DNA from: Octopus vulgaris
Lineage: Eukaryota
DNA: 64,000 bases
Direction: 5' to 3'
Assembly: GCA_951406725.2 (NCBI GenBank)
Contig: OX597827.1
Location: forward strand, 61,442,001 to 61,506,000
The position numbers and the translations under genes were made by a program. The notes beneath the pieces are model-generated. The model was not told the DNA's origin and did no database searches. It worked only from the letters and a program-made list of their open reading frames with translations. Of this stretch, positions 1-13,497 are shown piece by piece (positions within the stretch are counted from its first letter, which is position 1; each line of letters begins with the position of its first letter).

Positions 1-157
1 TATATATATATATATATATACACACACATATATATATATATATATATATGTATGTGTATCTATATATGTATGTGTATATATATGTATTTGTATCTATATA
101 TGTATGTGTATATATATGTATGCATTATATATATATATATACATACATATACATATG

Positions 158-235
<78 letters not shown>

Positions 236-418
236 TACATATATATATACATATATATATATATACATATCTGTGTATGTGTGTGTGTGTAGGTGCAACA
301 CAAGTAAATATGTTTACCAGGATACATGAGTAATTATATGTGCATTGTACATGTAGACGTATGTGTGTGTATCTGTGTGTTTATGCAAGCATACATATGC
401 GTTTGTGTGCATGCGCTT

Positions 419-453
<35 letters not shown>

Positions 454-872
454 ACAATGGGGCAAAGTATTCATTGCTTTTCAAAACCTTTTCGTACTTC
501 TTATCTCCATGACAAACAAAACAGACTGGGGAAAAAAAAAACAGAAAAAAAATAGGATGAAGAGGGAAGCATCTAACATTCGACACGTTAGAAATAACGG
601 CTAAATGTACCTCGAACAGTGGTGCCCTGCCGTTCTACACAACAGAACGTGCAAGTATGCACAAACATGCACATACATATACACACATGTAGGTGAATGC
701 GTGTGTGTGTGTGTTTGGATAGATAGATAGATATGTTTCTTTATTAGCCACACAGGGCTGCACACAGATAGAACAAATTACAAGGTAGAGCTTTTCTTTT
801 GAAGGTTTAAGAAAGAAAAAAAAAAAAAAAAAAAAAAAAAGGGGGAGTTTCGATCAAAAGGGATCGTAAAAG

Positions 873-1426
<554 letters not shown>

Positions 1427-1428
<2 letters not shown>

Positions 1429-1873
1429 GAGAACACCTATGCTGAACTATTGAGAAATATGCAGTTACTCTATCCAGAATACAAGTTTAGGTTTATATCT
1501 ATAGTTAATGAGGGCCTGGGATATGTAACACACTGCCTAAAATCCAATCTTGAGGAATTAGGCTTCTCAAAACCCGAAAGCAGAAAGCTAATTCAGAGAC
1601 TCCAGATACGATCCATCACTGGAACTGTAAAAATCTGTAAAACTTTCCAGAAGTTTATCATTTAAATATATATCAGCATGTATAGATATGCAACTATATG
1701 CATAAGAATACATACATAAAACATACAAATCTGCACGCTTGCTTATGAACCACATGGTTCCGGGTTCAGTCTCACTGCGTGGCACCTTGGGCAAGTGTCT
1801 TAGCCCCAGGCCGGCCAAAGCCTTGTGAGTGGATTTGGTAGACGGAAACTGAAAGAAGCCCATCGTATATATG

Positions 1874-1953
<80 letters not shown>

Positions 1954-2327
1954 GTATGTATGTATGTATGTATGTATGTGTGTGTGTATATGTTTGTATG
2001 TCTATGTTTGTCCCCACAACATCGCTTGACAACCGATACTAGTGTGTTTACGTCCCCGTAACTTAGTGGCTCGGCAAAAGAGACCAATAGAATAAGTACT
2101 AGGCTTACGAAGAATAAGTCCTTGGGCTGATTTGCTCGACTAAAGGCAGTGCTCCATCATGGCCACAGTCAAATGATTGAAACAAGTAAGTAAAAGTGAG
2201 TATACATACATACATACATACATACATACAAAAATGGTGCTGAAATTCCAATGAAGGACCCTTGGATCTAGGTTGGAAACCGGTTCTTTCTCTATTGGCA
2301 AGAAATCTTGAAATAAACTAAATAATG
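1427..2327 (+). mobile_element. 3' fragment of an R4/Dong-like RLE non-LTR retrotransposon, interrupted by a SINE
   Basis: ENTYAELLRNMQLLYPEYKFRFISIVNEGLGYV...LQIRSITGTVKICKTF* resembles the C-terminus of restriction-like endonuclease ORFs. Flanked on both sides by (CATA)n. Confidence 0.65.
1737..2200 (+). mobile_element. SINE family 1 copy (5'-truncated)
   Basis: Matches the other copies: ...GGTTCAGTCCCACTGCGTGGCACCTTGGGCAAGTGTCT, internal microsatellite, tail GCTCCAGCATGGCC...GAAACAAGTAA. Confidence 0.85.
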
Positions 2328-2682
2328 ACATACATACATACAACTACCAATGACAATAAAGAGAGATAATATTTATCCCCACTTAAATGTGAATGTTCTG
2401 TTAGAACAAACTATACTGTGATGGTTGCCATGAGAGCTTTTATACTGGCACACTCTTGTTTATACCACTAATGGAGAGATAAATCCCTGTCATCTCCAGC
2501 ACATGATTTTGACAGATCACATGATTTTGACCTTTCTTGGTTTTGTCAATAATGGACACTCAACCAAAGAGAGATACCAGCAATTCATCTCTCTGTCAGC
2601 AATGTATAGCAAAACAGTACTTGAAAAGGCATTCATGTCATGATTAGCCAGTTAGCTTGTTAAGAAAATATATATTAGCAAC

Positions 2683-3080
2683 AGGGGTGGCTGTGTGGTA
2701 AGTAGCTTGCTTTCCAACCACATGGTTCCGGGTTCAGTCCCACTGCGTGGCACCTTGGGCAAGTGTCTTCTGCTATAGCCTCAGGTAAACTAAAGCCTTG
2801 CGAGTGGATTTGGTAGATGGAAACTGAAAGAAGCCCGTCGTATATATGTATATACATATGTATGTATATGTAAATGTTTGTATGTCTGTGTTTGTCCCCC
2901 CAACATCGCTTGACAACCGATGCTGGTGTGTTTACGTCCCCGTTACTTAGCGGTTCAGCAAAATAGACTGATAGAATAAGTACTAGGCTTACAAAGAATA
3001 AGTCCTGGGGTTGATTTGCTCAACTAAAGGTGGTGCTCCAGCATGGCCACAGTCATATGACTGAAACAAATAAAAGAGTA
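2683..3080 (+). mobile_element. SINE family 1 (tRNA-derived head, CORE-like CACCTTGGGCAAG segment, internal microsatellite, LINE-like tail)
   Basis: A/B-box-like head TGGCTGTGTGGTAAG...GGTTCAGTCCC. More than 12 related copies in the window. Confidence 0.88.
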
Positions 3081-3181
3081 TATATGATCATCATCATCAT
3101 CATTCTCATCATCATCACTTCGTTAAATTATTAAATTAGTTAATTGTTCAATTTATTTGTTTTCTTTTCCATTTCTAATTT

Positions 3182-3238
<57 letters not shown>

Positions 3239-3269
3239 TACATACAAACATACATACATACATACATGC

Positions 3270-3306
<37 letters not shown>

Positions 3307-3732
3307 CATACACACATATATATGTATATATATATATATACATATATATTTATATACACACACACACACATGCACACATAATATATTGATATATGTGTGT
3401 ATATATATATATATACACACATGCACACACATATATAATATATTGATATATGTATATATATATATCATCATATATATATTTATATATGCTATATATATAT
3501 GTATGTATGTATATATGTATGCATGTATGTATGTATGCTTATACAAAATACAGTACAAAAAAATCATGCTGAACACGTGATTTGCCACAGTGTGTTCAAA
3601 ATGATATTTAAACAAATATATCAGAAACTGTGACATGTGTCTACAAAAAATAAATACATCAGTAGATCAAACTAAAATATGCAATTCAAAGAAAATTCAT
3701 TGCAATATCTGTATCTGTGTGTGTGTATGTGC

Positions 3733-3789
<57 letters not shown>

Positions 3790-3945
3790 TGTCTGTCTGT
3801 CTGTTTGTCTGTCTTTATGTGTAATTGTGTGTGCATGAATGGGATGGTGGGTTATGCGTATGGCTATATTTTCATAAAAGTTGGTTTGTCTTATGATTGT
3901 GTTGTTGAATATACATAAACACACACATTTATACATATATATATA

Positions 3946-4470
3946 CTAGCAGAGAAACCCAGCCTTGCTCGGGATTAAAGTAGTTTATCATTGTTTCATT
4001 TCTTTCAGTATTATAACCCAATTTCATTCGGGCCTATACGGGCCACACTTTAAAAGGTGAGGAATTTTGCCCTAGAGGCCACACCTTTCAATTGAGCAAA
4101 GTTTCCATGCAAACTCACCAGCACTTTTAACATAGGTGTGCAAATTTTCAGCTCAATCGGACCACATTTGCTAACACTTTTGCCTGCGCAAATGCTTGTG
4201 AGACGTCTGCTCTTTTCACATATATGTAGTAAGACTTACAGAGATACCCAGCCTTGCTTGAGATTAAAATGGCATAGGTTTTCATTGTTTTACTTGTTTG
4301 ATTAATATAACCTGATTTCATTCAGGTCTACTTGGGCTACATTTGAAAAGATGAGGAATTTTGTCCTAGAGGTCACGCCTTTTATTTGAGCAAATGCAAA
4401 GTTGCCATGCAAACTCGCCAACACTTTTAACATGGGTGTGCATATTTTCAGCTCATTCTGACCACATAAT
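3946..4470 (-). mobile_element. Tandem non-autonomous Helitron-like units
   Basis: Unit 1 (3946-4234) on the minus strand starts TCTTACTA and ends with a short hairpin plus CTAG. A second diverged, truncated unit abuts it at 4235. Confidence 0.65.
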
Positions 4471-4499
4471 GCACACATTATATATATATATACATACAC

Positions 4500-4900
4500 A
4501 TGTGCTTGTGCTAGTAGGGTGCCAAGAGCACCATCTGAGCGTGATCATTGCCAGAGCGGCTAACTGGCTTCCGTGCCAGTGGTACGTAAAAGCACACCAT
4601 TCGAGCATGATCGTTACCAGTGTCACCTTACTGGAACCTGTGCCAGTGGCATGTGTAAAAAGATTCGAGCGAGGTCATTGCCAGTACCACCTGACTGGCC
4701 CCCATGCCAGTGGCACGTAAAAAGCACCCACTACACTCTCGGAGTGGTTGGCGTTAGGAAGGGCATCCAGCTGTAGAAACTCTGCCAGATCAAGATTGGA
4801 GCCTAGTGCAGCCATCTGGTTCGCCAGCCCTCAGTCAAAATCGTCCAACCCATGTTAGCATGTAAAGCGGACATTAACCGATGATAATGATGATGATGAT
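4500..4900 (+). mobile_element. RTE-type 3'-UTR repeat ending in (GAT)n
   Basis: GGCACGTAAAAAGCACC subrepeats, GGAGTGGTTGGCGTTAGGAAGGGCATCCAGC, tail GGACATTAA...GATGATGAT. Related copies near 6270, 9045, 10610, 19697, 22560, 33600 and 37890; similar subrepeats follow the RTE RT at 39420. Confidence 0.7.
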
Positions 4901-6617
4901 TAAATATATATATACATATATATATATATATATGTATATGTGTGTGTGTGTGTGCGCACGTATTATATATACAGATGTATACAAATTATATATATATATA
5001 TATATACACACACGCACACACACACGCATGCATGTATATATACACATATATATGTATGTATACACATTATATACAGTTATATCTGGATACACACACACAC
5101 ACACATATAAATTAACCCAATAAATATTTGATTCATAATATTTATTCTCATGATTGTGCGGTGGTGGTGGGTGATAATAATTCACCGTTGTAAAAGACCA
5201 GTGGCGGGAATATTTAGACTTTTGCGGCTGTTAATGCTTTCTCTCTGTGGATATAGACAGACGTACAGAGAGAGAAAGAGAGAGAGACGGTGGGGGAAAG
5301 AGTGACAGAGAGCCGGCGAAGGTGGTGGGGGAAAGAGAGTGTAAGCCGTTATAGAGAGAAAGTGAAGGGAAGGGAGGAAAGAGAGAGATCAAGAAAAAAA
5401 TCACTCTTTTTGCCATAGCAACCACATCTTTATAGCTTGTGATTTTTAACCATCGCAGGTCTCATCCTCACCATACATTTAGTATCCCTGCCAATTTTCA
5501 GTTCGATCCTAGCCTCAGTTTGGCTGCCATTAACCGTCAAAGCAAAATGTGCATACAATTTCCGTCCAAGGACTGTTTTATAGATATAGACAAACATATG
5601 TACATACATACTACACACACACACACATTTGTACATACATACAAACATACATTTTGGCCATTGATTCGTATGGGCACGTCCTTTACAGCCATGGCCTACC
5701 AACCTCTCACACACACATAATTCTGTCCTCTATTAGAATCCCCCACAACAGATCTTACCACTACCCCCACCACACACTACAGGCTCCCTTCATTCCCCCT
5801 CACCCACTGATATGCTCATTCTCCATGCCCTCACATATCTACCCCATACCCTTGTTCCAGCCACTTCCAATGCCTTACACCATCCTTTGCTACATATCTT
5901 CTATACCCACCACCCCCAACCATTCCATTTCCTCTCACCATCAGTTGCTATCTCTGCTATCAGGTGGGGGGGGGCAACATCTCCCCTCATACACTTTCAT
6001 GGAACATTACATCTCTATCCCCCCTTGAACACTTACACTAACCCCTACAGCTCCCTATAGTCATGACACCCCTCTCTCTCTCTCTCACTCAAACTGTCTT
6101 TCTAATTCTCTTTTTAGCTCTCTCACAACATCCTCTCCTTCCTTGCCCACTAAGGTAGCCAAGTGTCCCCCTTGATAGCAAGAGAGCTACCGCTATCCCT
6201 CAATCCCTCTATCAAACTCTAATCTCAATCCTTGTCTTGCAAGCTCACAGGTGTTTATCCCTTGTAAAAAGCAACCATGCTGGTGCCCTGTATCAACCAC
6301 TGGTGATGGAGCCACATAAAAAGATCTCAGTACACTCTATAAAGTGGTTGGCATTAGGGAAGGGCATCCAGCCATAGACCCCATGACAAAACAATCAATT
6401 GGTGCTTGGTGCAGCCGTTTGGCTTTCCAGCCCCTATCAAATGGTCTCACCTGTGTCAGCTTGAAAAGTGACTATTTAATGGTGATGATGCTATATACAC
6501 ATGCAAATGTATATCCATAACAGTAACAGATGGAAATGACATTATATTTCGCAATTAAAATAATTTATGTATGTGTAAATTTAACCAACCAACCAACTGT
6601 GTGTGTGTGTGTCTGCC

Positions 6618-6653
<36 letters not shown>

Positions 6654-6860
6654 CATGTTTAAGTAGTTGAATGAATTATCCTAGTATGGATAATTCGGTT
6701 AACCGATACCCAACCTTTGCTACATATCTTCTATACCCACCACCCCCAACCATTCCGATACCCTTTATTCCTTCGGAATTAAGAATATGCAGTCTTCGAA
6801 ACATATGTCGAGAATAAAGGAATTTTGTTAAATCGTCGTTCGACCCCATTCTTTCATTTA

Positions 6861-6922
<62 letters not shown>

Positions 6923-7074
6923 TGTATATACATATACATGTTACATGTATATAAAGATGTATATATTTATATGTGTGTGTATATATTATATATATACACA
7001 TATACATATATATATACAAATACATATATGTTTGTGCATGTGTGTCTGCTTGTGTGTGTGTCTATTTTTGTGTG

Positions 7075-7108
<34 letters not shown>

Positions 7109-7572
7109 TGTGTGCATGTGCATGTGTGTGTGTGTGTCACAGAATAGGAATTCACAGAATCAACCAGAACTAATAGTACATAATTACACCCTATGAAATG
7201 TTTAGACAAGAAATCTTATTCATTATGTTACTACACAACTATATATGTGCATGTATATGTACAATTATGTACGTGTAGGATGTTTTAGCATTGGTGATGC
7301 ACCTTGGTACAGTTTACGGAACAGCTGTCAACAAATGGAATGAATATTACAGATCTCACTTTTCTGAATTTTGTTTAATTATTATTATGATTACATAAAT
7401 ATATATAATGATGGTTTATTGCCAACTTAATGTGGCAGTCCCAGGAAAGGGAAGAATGCTACTGCTGTTTAGCCCCAAGAAACACTGTTTCTAGTTGGCT
7501 ACGTGACACGAGTATTCTGTTTTTAAGTTTCCAAACAGGAAAGATAAGCATCACTACCCAACAAAGCCAGCA

Positions 7573-7615
7573 CCCAGAGACTAGTTTCAGGGTTGTTGCT
7601 CTTCATCAGTTTGGA
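7573..7615 (-). ncRNA. Degenerate minimal hammerhead motif
   Basis: Minus strand TCCAAA-CTGATGA-AGAG(caacaa)CCCT-GAAAC-TA-GTC-TCTGG. One mismatch each in helices I and II; palindromic ACTAGT helix III. Confidence 0.5.
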
Positions 7616-7940
7616 ATAGCTTGGCCTTGCTAGCTGTCAATGTAAACTCGCTGTTGAAAACTTAATGGAATTTCAAGTGAAATAAATTCACTAATCTACA
7701 AAATAAGAAATTTCTAATTATATATATATATATACAAATAAGAAAATGGAGGAACAAATTCATTTTGATCATCAACTTACGGATATTACAATTTCACATT
7801 ATTTATTAATTATACAAATAGGAACATGAAAATCGAACAAAACAATATACATCAATATGCAAATTAATAATAAAATAAAAATAATACAAATAAACTGATC
7901 CATAGTGGGTTACTTTCATAACCCCTATCTTACTTTGTAC

Positions 7941-7973
<33 letters not shown>

Positions 7974-8023
7974 GCACATATAAGCAGTACTCCAGCATGG
8001 CCACAGTCAAATGACTGAAACAA

Positions 8024-8081
<58 letters not shown>

Positions 8082-8361
8082 CTGTCATTGGATCATATAT
8101 CTGAAAAAGAAGAACAGTCTAAAGGATAGAGCAGAAATTTATTTACATGCATAGGCACAGGAGTGGCTGTGTGGTAAGTAGCTTACTTACCAGCCACATG
8201 GTTCTGGGTTCACTTCTGCTTGCTTCAGCTCTCGTCCTGATCTGTGTGGGCATGCAGAAACATCATAACCAATATCATAAACGCTTTCTCTTTCCACCTA
8301 TTGTAATACTGTTTCTTTCTGTGTGCCTTCTTTCACTACTACTTCTGTTGGTGCTTTGCAC

Positions 8362-9044
8362 CTATTTCTCTTTTCTTTTCTTCTCAATCTCTTTTAACCT
8401 TTTTTGACTGTCTGGGGGAGAACTCACCCGTCCCTTTCTCTTCCTCCTGTTTACTACTGTGAAGGATTCCTCCACTCTATCTGTCTCTTTTATTGGTACT
8501 ACCTCATCGGTATTGTTTTCTTCACTTTTCTTCTCCTCTTCGTTTTCCTTCTTGGGACATCTTGCTTTCATGACCCCTTTTTTGCCACATAGGAAACATG
8601 TTGGCAGTCTTCCTTCTACTGTTATTCAGAGTTTAATGTCTTCTGGGTGTATTATTTCTTCTGTTAACTATGCAAGTCCTCCAAACATAACTGAATGGTC
8701 ATTTCGAGGCCTTAACCCCACCAATTGACCTTCTAGGTCCTCGTTATCTTGAGGATTTCTGCTCCCGCCTTCATATCAAGTGTTATGGCTGCCACCAGCC
8801 ATTCTTCTGCGATTTCAGGGGGCACTCTTCCAACTCTTACTCTGGCAACGCATTTGCCACAAAACGTCGGAAGTAGTATCCATTTCATTGTCCGTAACAG
8901 GTCTGTGGAGTGGTTTATGGCATCTTCTTCGTTGCCAAACCTTACTTCCACTGTGCCATACTTTCTCCCACGTGTATAGAATGTGGTCAATGTTTTAACT
9001 TTTTCGAGGCACTCCAGTGACACATAATAATAGACCCAGCACAC
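8362..9044 (-). mobile_element. Decayed ORF1 (RRM-like + zinc knuckle) of a Tx1/L1-type non-LTR element
   Basis: VEVRFGNEEDA...RVRVGRVPPEI, then VEGRLPTCFLCGKKGVMKARCP (CCHC knuckle with H mutated) and FTVVNRRKRK. Stops and frameshifts present. Confidence 0.6.
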
Positions 9045-9509
9045 TCTGTAAAGCAGTTGGCATTAGGAAATGCATCCAGCCAAAGAAACCATGACAAAAC
9101 AGACAATTGGACTCTGGACAGCTCCTGTCAAACCATCCAAACTATGATGATGATGATGATGATGATGATGACGACGACGACGACGATGACGACGACGATG
9201 ATGATGATGTAATTTTTATCTTTTATCTTGTACTTGTTTCAGTCATTAGACTGCGACCATGCTGGGGCACCACCTCAAAGAACTTCTATTAGAAGCTTGG
9301 TGCTTATACTGTCAATCTCTTTTGCCAAACCACTAAGTTCTAGGAATGTAAACAAACTAACACCAGTTGCCAAGTAGTGGTGGTGGACAAACACACACAC
9401 ACGCTACATGTATATGGCCTTCTTTCAGTTACCTTCTACCAAAATGTGCTCAGAAGGCTTTGGATGGTCTGAGACTATAGCAGAAAACACTTGCTCAATC
9501 TGCAAGTTT

Positions 9510-10000
9510 TGGTCCTCTTCCTATGTTTCTAAATATTGTGGGATAGTTTGGTGACATTCTCTTCTCTAAGTTTCTGAAGGTTTAAGCATGACTAAAATTG
9601 AAAATAGAGCTGTTTCAATTCATCCTCCACCATTTCAACATAATGTTTCCTCTCAGTAACTAAATTTATTTTGTGGAGATGACCTCTGCTTTGTAGATAA
9701 TTGCTTCTGCATTGCATAACTGATCAAGAGGGCATGCATGTTTGTTTCTACATGAGCAATTTATTTCTGCTGCTTTGGTTGGGTTTCTTGTAATTGTAAT
9801 TTTCATCTCCATCATACAATTAGATTTTAGATATGAATTACTTCTTATAAATTATTTCTATTAAATTATTTCCTGTGTTGATTAGTATTAGGGGAAAATC
9901 TATTGGTTATTCTAAAGAAATTTTTTACTAGTTACATTTGACACTTGACCGAAAATGAAGAATCGAACCAAATAGATTTTCTGGTATCTTTCCATAATAG
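9510..10000 (-). mobile_element. Decayed Penelope-like element, thumb/linker and start of GIY-YIG (Naiad-like)
   Basis: Minus-strand translation gives WFDSSFS...FNRNN and NCSCRNKHACPLDQLCNAEAIIYKAEV. Confidence 0.6.
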
Positions 10001-10243
10001 TACATCTCCCATGACTTTCAGAAACATTTTTTCACGCTAAGAGTTGCTGAAGCATGGAACAAACTGCCGGCATCAGCTGTTAGTTCTCAGAGCACTGCAT
10101 CCTTCAAAACTTCCATGCTTCCTGAGATTCACCAACACTACACTCATACACTGTTCACTTTCTAGACATTTGTACATTACTGCATATGCTTTAAACGCAC
10201 TTTTGACAAGTTGTGGTGCACTTCAGCACTGTATACAATAATT

Positions 10244-10260
<17 letters not shown>
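10000..10260 (+). mobile_element. CR1-group LINE 3' end with (ATT)n tail
   Basis: Homologous to 22265-22555 and 23890-24440 (SHDFQKHFF...VAEAWNKLP). Confidence 0.75.
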
Positions 10261-10326
<66 letters not shown>

Positions 10327-10352
10327 AGTTAGAGGTTAGAGAGTTGGAAGCA

Positions 10353-11594
10353 TATGAGAGTTATTGAAAAGTTTATAGGCTGACAAAGATACTCTTATGG
10401 GATTAGACTAAATGAGGTTAATTTTCTACAGAGTGCCCCTTGTGGTCCACACATTTCTTCCATTGATGCTTCAGTGCTTGGATCCCATTGATGAAGAAGC
10501 TTTCATTTTGTTGATCAAAAAAGTCATCAACAGTAGATGTGAAGTCATCATTACTGCCATACTGGCTCCCAACCAAGTGTTTTTTCATGTTGAGGAACAG
10601 ATGATAGTCATCATCATCATCATCATCTTCGTTTAATGTCCATTTTCCATGCTAGCATGGGTTGGACGATTCGACCAGGGTCTGGGGAACCAGGAAGCTG
10701 CACCAGCCTCCAGTCTGATCTGACAGTGTTTCTACAGCTGGATGCCCTTCCTAATGCCAACCACTCCGTGATAGTCAGATGGAGCCAAGTCAGAAGAATG
10801 GGGAGGGCCATCAACCAGTTCAAAACTAGTCACTCACAGTAGCCATTTAAATCAAGGACTTATGTGCTGGAGCATTTTCCTGATGAAACAAGGCCCCTTT
10901 TGTCAGTTGTCCTTGGCATTCGGTGTTGATAATTTTTTGTAATTGACTCAGCAAGTTGGCATAATACTCTCCATTGATGGTGTGGCCCATTTGAAGATAG
11001 TAAATAAGCACAATGCCTTCTGCATCCCCCCAAAAAACTGAGGCCATCACCTTCCCAGCAAATGAAACAACCTTGACCTTCTTTGGAGCAGATGAGGAGA
11101 AGTGCTTCTACCATATGGATTGCCTCTTTGTCTCTGGCTCATCTTGAGTTATGAAACATTGAAAGAAACCAGCTGGGATCTACCTAAAATAATGTCAGAT
11201 TTTCCCATGGCATGACAAGCCTTGTTCACTTTTCATCAGGTGTCAGAAGACATAACATCCATTGAGCAAAACCTTCATCGTTGTACAGAATATGTTAAAT
11301 ACTCATGGAACATTCTAACAGAATCGGTTATTTGATTCATAGTCAATCGCCTGTCATCTGTCACAATGTTTTCTTTGGTGGTGGCAGCTGCTTCGAGTCC
11401 AGACATCAGGTCATCTTCAAGACTCTCCATTCTCCTTCTAAATTCAGCTGCCGACTTTTGTCCTCTTTTACTCTTTTACTTGTTTCAGTCAATTAACTGC
11501 GGCCATGCTGGAGCACCACCTTCAGGCAAATTGACCCCAGGACTTATTGTCAAGAGATGTTGGGGGGGACAAATACAGACACACAAATACACAC

Positions 11595-11673
<79 letters not shown>

Positions 11674-12122
11674 TATATATATATATATATATACGACGCT
11701 TCTTTCAGTTTCCGTCTACCAAATCCACTCACAAGGCTATAGTAGAAGACACTTGCCCAAGGTGCTACGCAGTGGGACTGAACCCAGAACCATGTGGTTG
11801 GTAAGCAAGCTACTTACCACACAGCCACTCCTACGCCTGCTGATAAACCGGGAACATCATCCCCTAATGTAGCAACCATGTCAACATCAATGTCACTGGG
11901 GGGTTAAACCCTTTTTCTGCAGGTACTTGACAATATCATGATGCCAAAGTTTGTCCATTTTCAAGAGAAGTCACTACTACAACAGTCAGATGTCAGTTTG
12001 CCCTGAAAAGAAACAAATCAGTAATTAATAAGCAGAGTTGAAAATAAATGCATTGCAAGATTTCACAGCTCTACGATCACTTTTTCATAGTCAACCTATG
12101 AACTTCACGGCCCACCCTCGTA
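10353..12122 (-). mobile_element. Mariner (Tc1/mariner) transposon remnant with two nested retroelements
   Basis: MASVFW.DAEG...GHTINGEYYANLL...FHQENAPAH and HSSDLAPSDYH. Degenerate TIRs with terminal TA at about 10353-10384 and 12090-12122. Nested RTE-tail repeat with TSD TGATAGTCA (10602-10610 / 10769-10777) and a SINE1 copy at 11463-11836. Confidence 0.85.
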
Positions 12123-12657
12123 TTTAGCTGAATCTTCAAATCCTCAACCAGCTTGTAAATTGTTGATGTAGGGTGAAGATACATGAACCAAAGACTCTTA
12201 ATTTTGACACATATTAGATTCTTTTCTTATTCATTCGGACTAGGTTAATGAAAACAATCGGCAGGCGACTGGAATATATGTTAAAATATATGTTGTGTTT
12301 CTACGCAGAACATATAAATTCTCGTAAATTCACTCTACTCAAAACAGCTCATATTTATGTAGTTATATATTTACTTATTTATTTCACTTTACGATTTTAT
12401 TTATTATTATTTTTTTTCTTTTGGCTATTGTAAAGTTTCAAATTAATAGGAAAAACCTACTTAAGATTACAAAACTCTAAATTTTTCACAGAAGCACTAT
12501 GTATGTATATGTGTTTGTATACACATGCATATACGTACACAAACACACACACATGCACGCATGCACGCATGCACGTGCGCGTATGTGTGTGTATGTGTGT
12601 ATGGGTCTATATATATGTATGTATTATGTATGTATATGTGTGTTTGTCTGTGTGTGC

Positions 12658-12717
<60 letters not shown>

Positions 12718-12730
12718 GTGTGTGTGTGTG

Positions 12731-13497
12731 TGAAGGCGCATGGCTCAGTGGTTAGAGCATCAGGCTCCCTATCATGCAGTAGTGAGTTCGATTCCTGGAC
12801 CAGACTGTATGTTGTGCTCTTGAAAAAGACACTTTATTTCTTATTTCTTTATTGCCCACAATAAACATAGAGGGGACAAACAAGGACAGACAAACGGATT
12901 AAGTCAATTACATCGACCCAAGTGAGTAACTGGTACTTAATTTATTGACCCCGAAAGGATGAAAGGCAAAGTCGACCTCGGTGGAATTTGAACTCAGAAC
13001 ACAGCGGCATACGAAATACCTATTTCTTTACTACCCACAAGGGGCTAAACACAGAGAGGACAAACAAGGACAGACAAACGGATTAAGTCAATTATATTGA
13101 CCCCAGGGCGTAACTGGTACTTATTTAATTGACCCCGAAAGGATGAAAGGCAAAGTCGACCTTGGCGGAATTTGAACTCAGAACATAGCGGCAGACGAAA
13201 TACCGCTAAGCATTTCGCTCGGTGTGCTAACGTTTCTGCCAGCTTGCCGCCTTGACCCTTTATTTCTTGTTGCTCCAGTTAATTCAGCTGCAGAAATGAG
13301 TTGCAATGTCACCAGTGCCCAGCTGAATCATCCTTTGTCTTGCCCATGGATAACATCGGTGGCGTGGAGAAGGGAAGTTGGTATGCATGGGCAACTGCTG
13401 GTCTTCCATAAACAACCTTGCCTGGACTTGTGCCTTGGACGGGAACTTTCCAGGTGCAATCTTGTGATCATTCATGACCAAAGGGGTCTTTACCCTT
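12731..13497 (+). mobile_element. SINE family 4 (tRNA-derived, CORE-like) split by an inverted SINE family 2 dimer (12841-13253)
   Basis: Head GGCGCATGGCTCAGTGGTTAGAGC...GAGTTCGATTCC. Uninterrupted copy at 53110-53442. TSD GAC(A/C)CTTTATTTC at 12828-12840 and 13254-13266. Confidence 0.85.

Noticed and set aside
2345-2670. Possible decayed GIY-YIG (CDGCHESFYTG)
   Set aside because: Too degenerate to call; the same applies to 5430-5590 and 15000-15240.
10875-10895. CTGATGA matches at 10880, 11233(-), 43449 and 48586(-) as hammerheads
   Set aside because: No downstream GAAAC/GUH with pairing helices.
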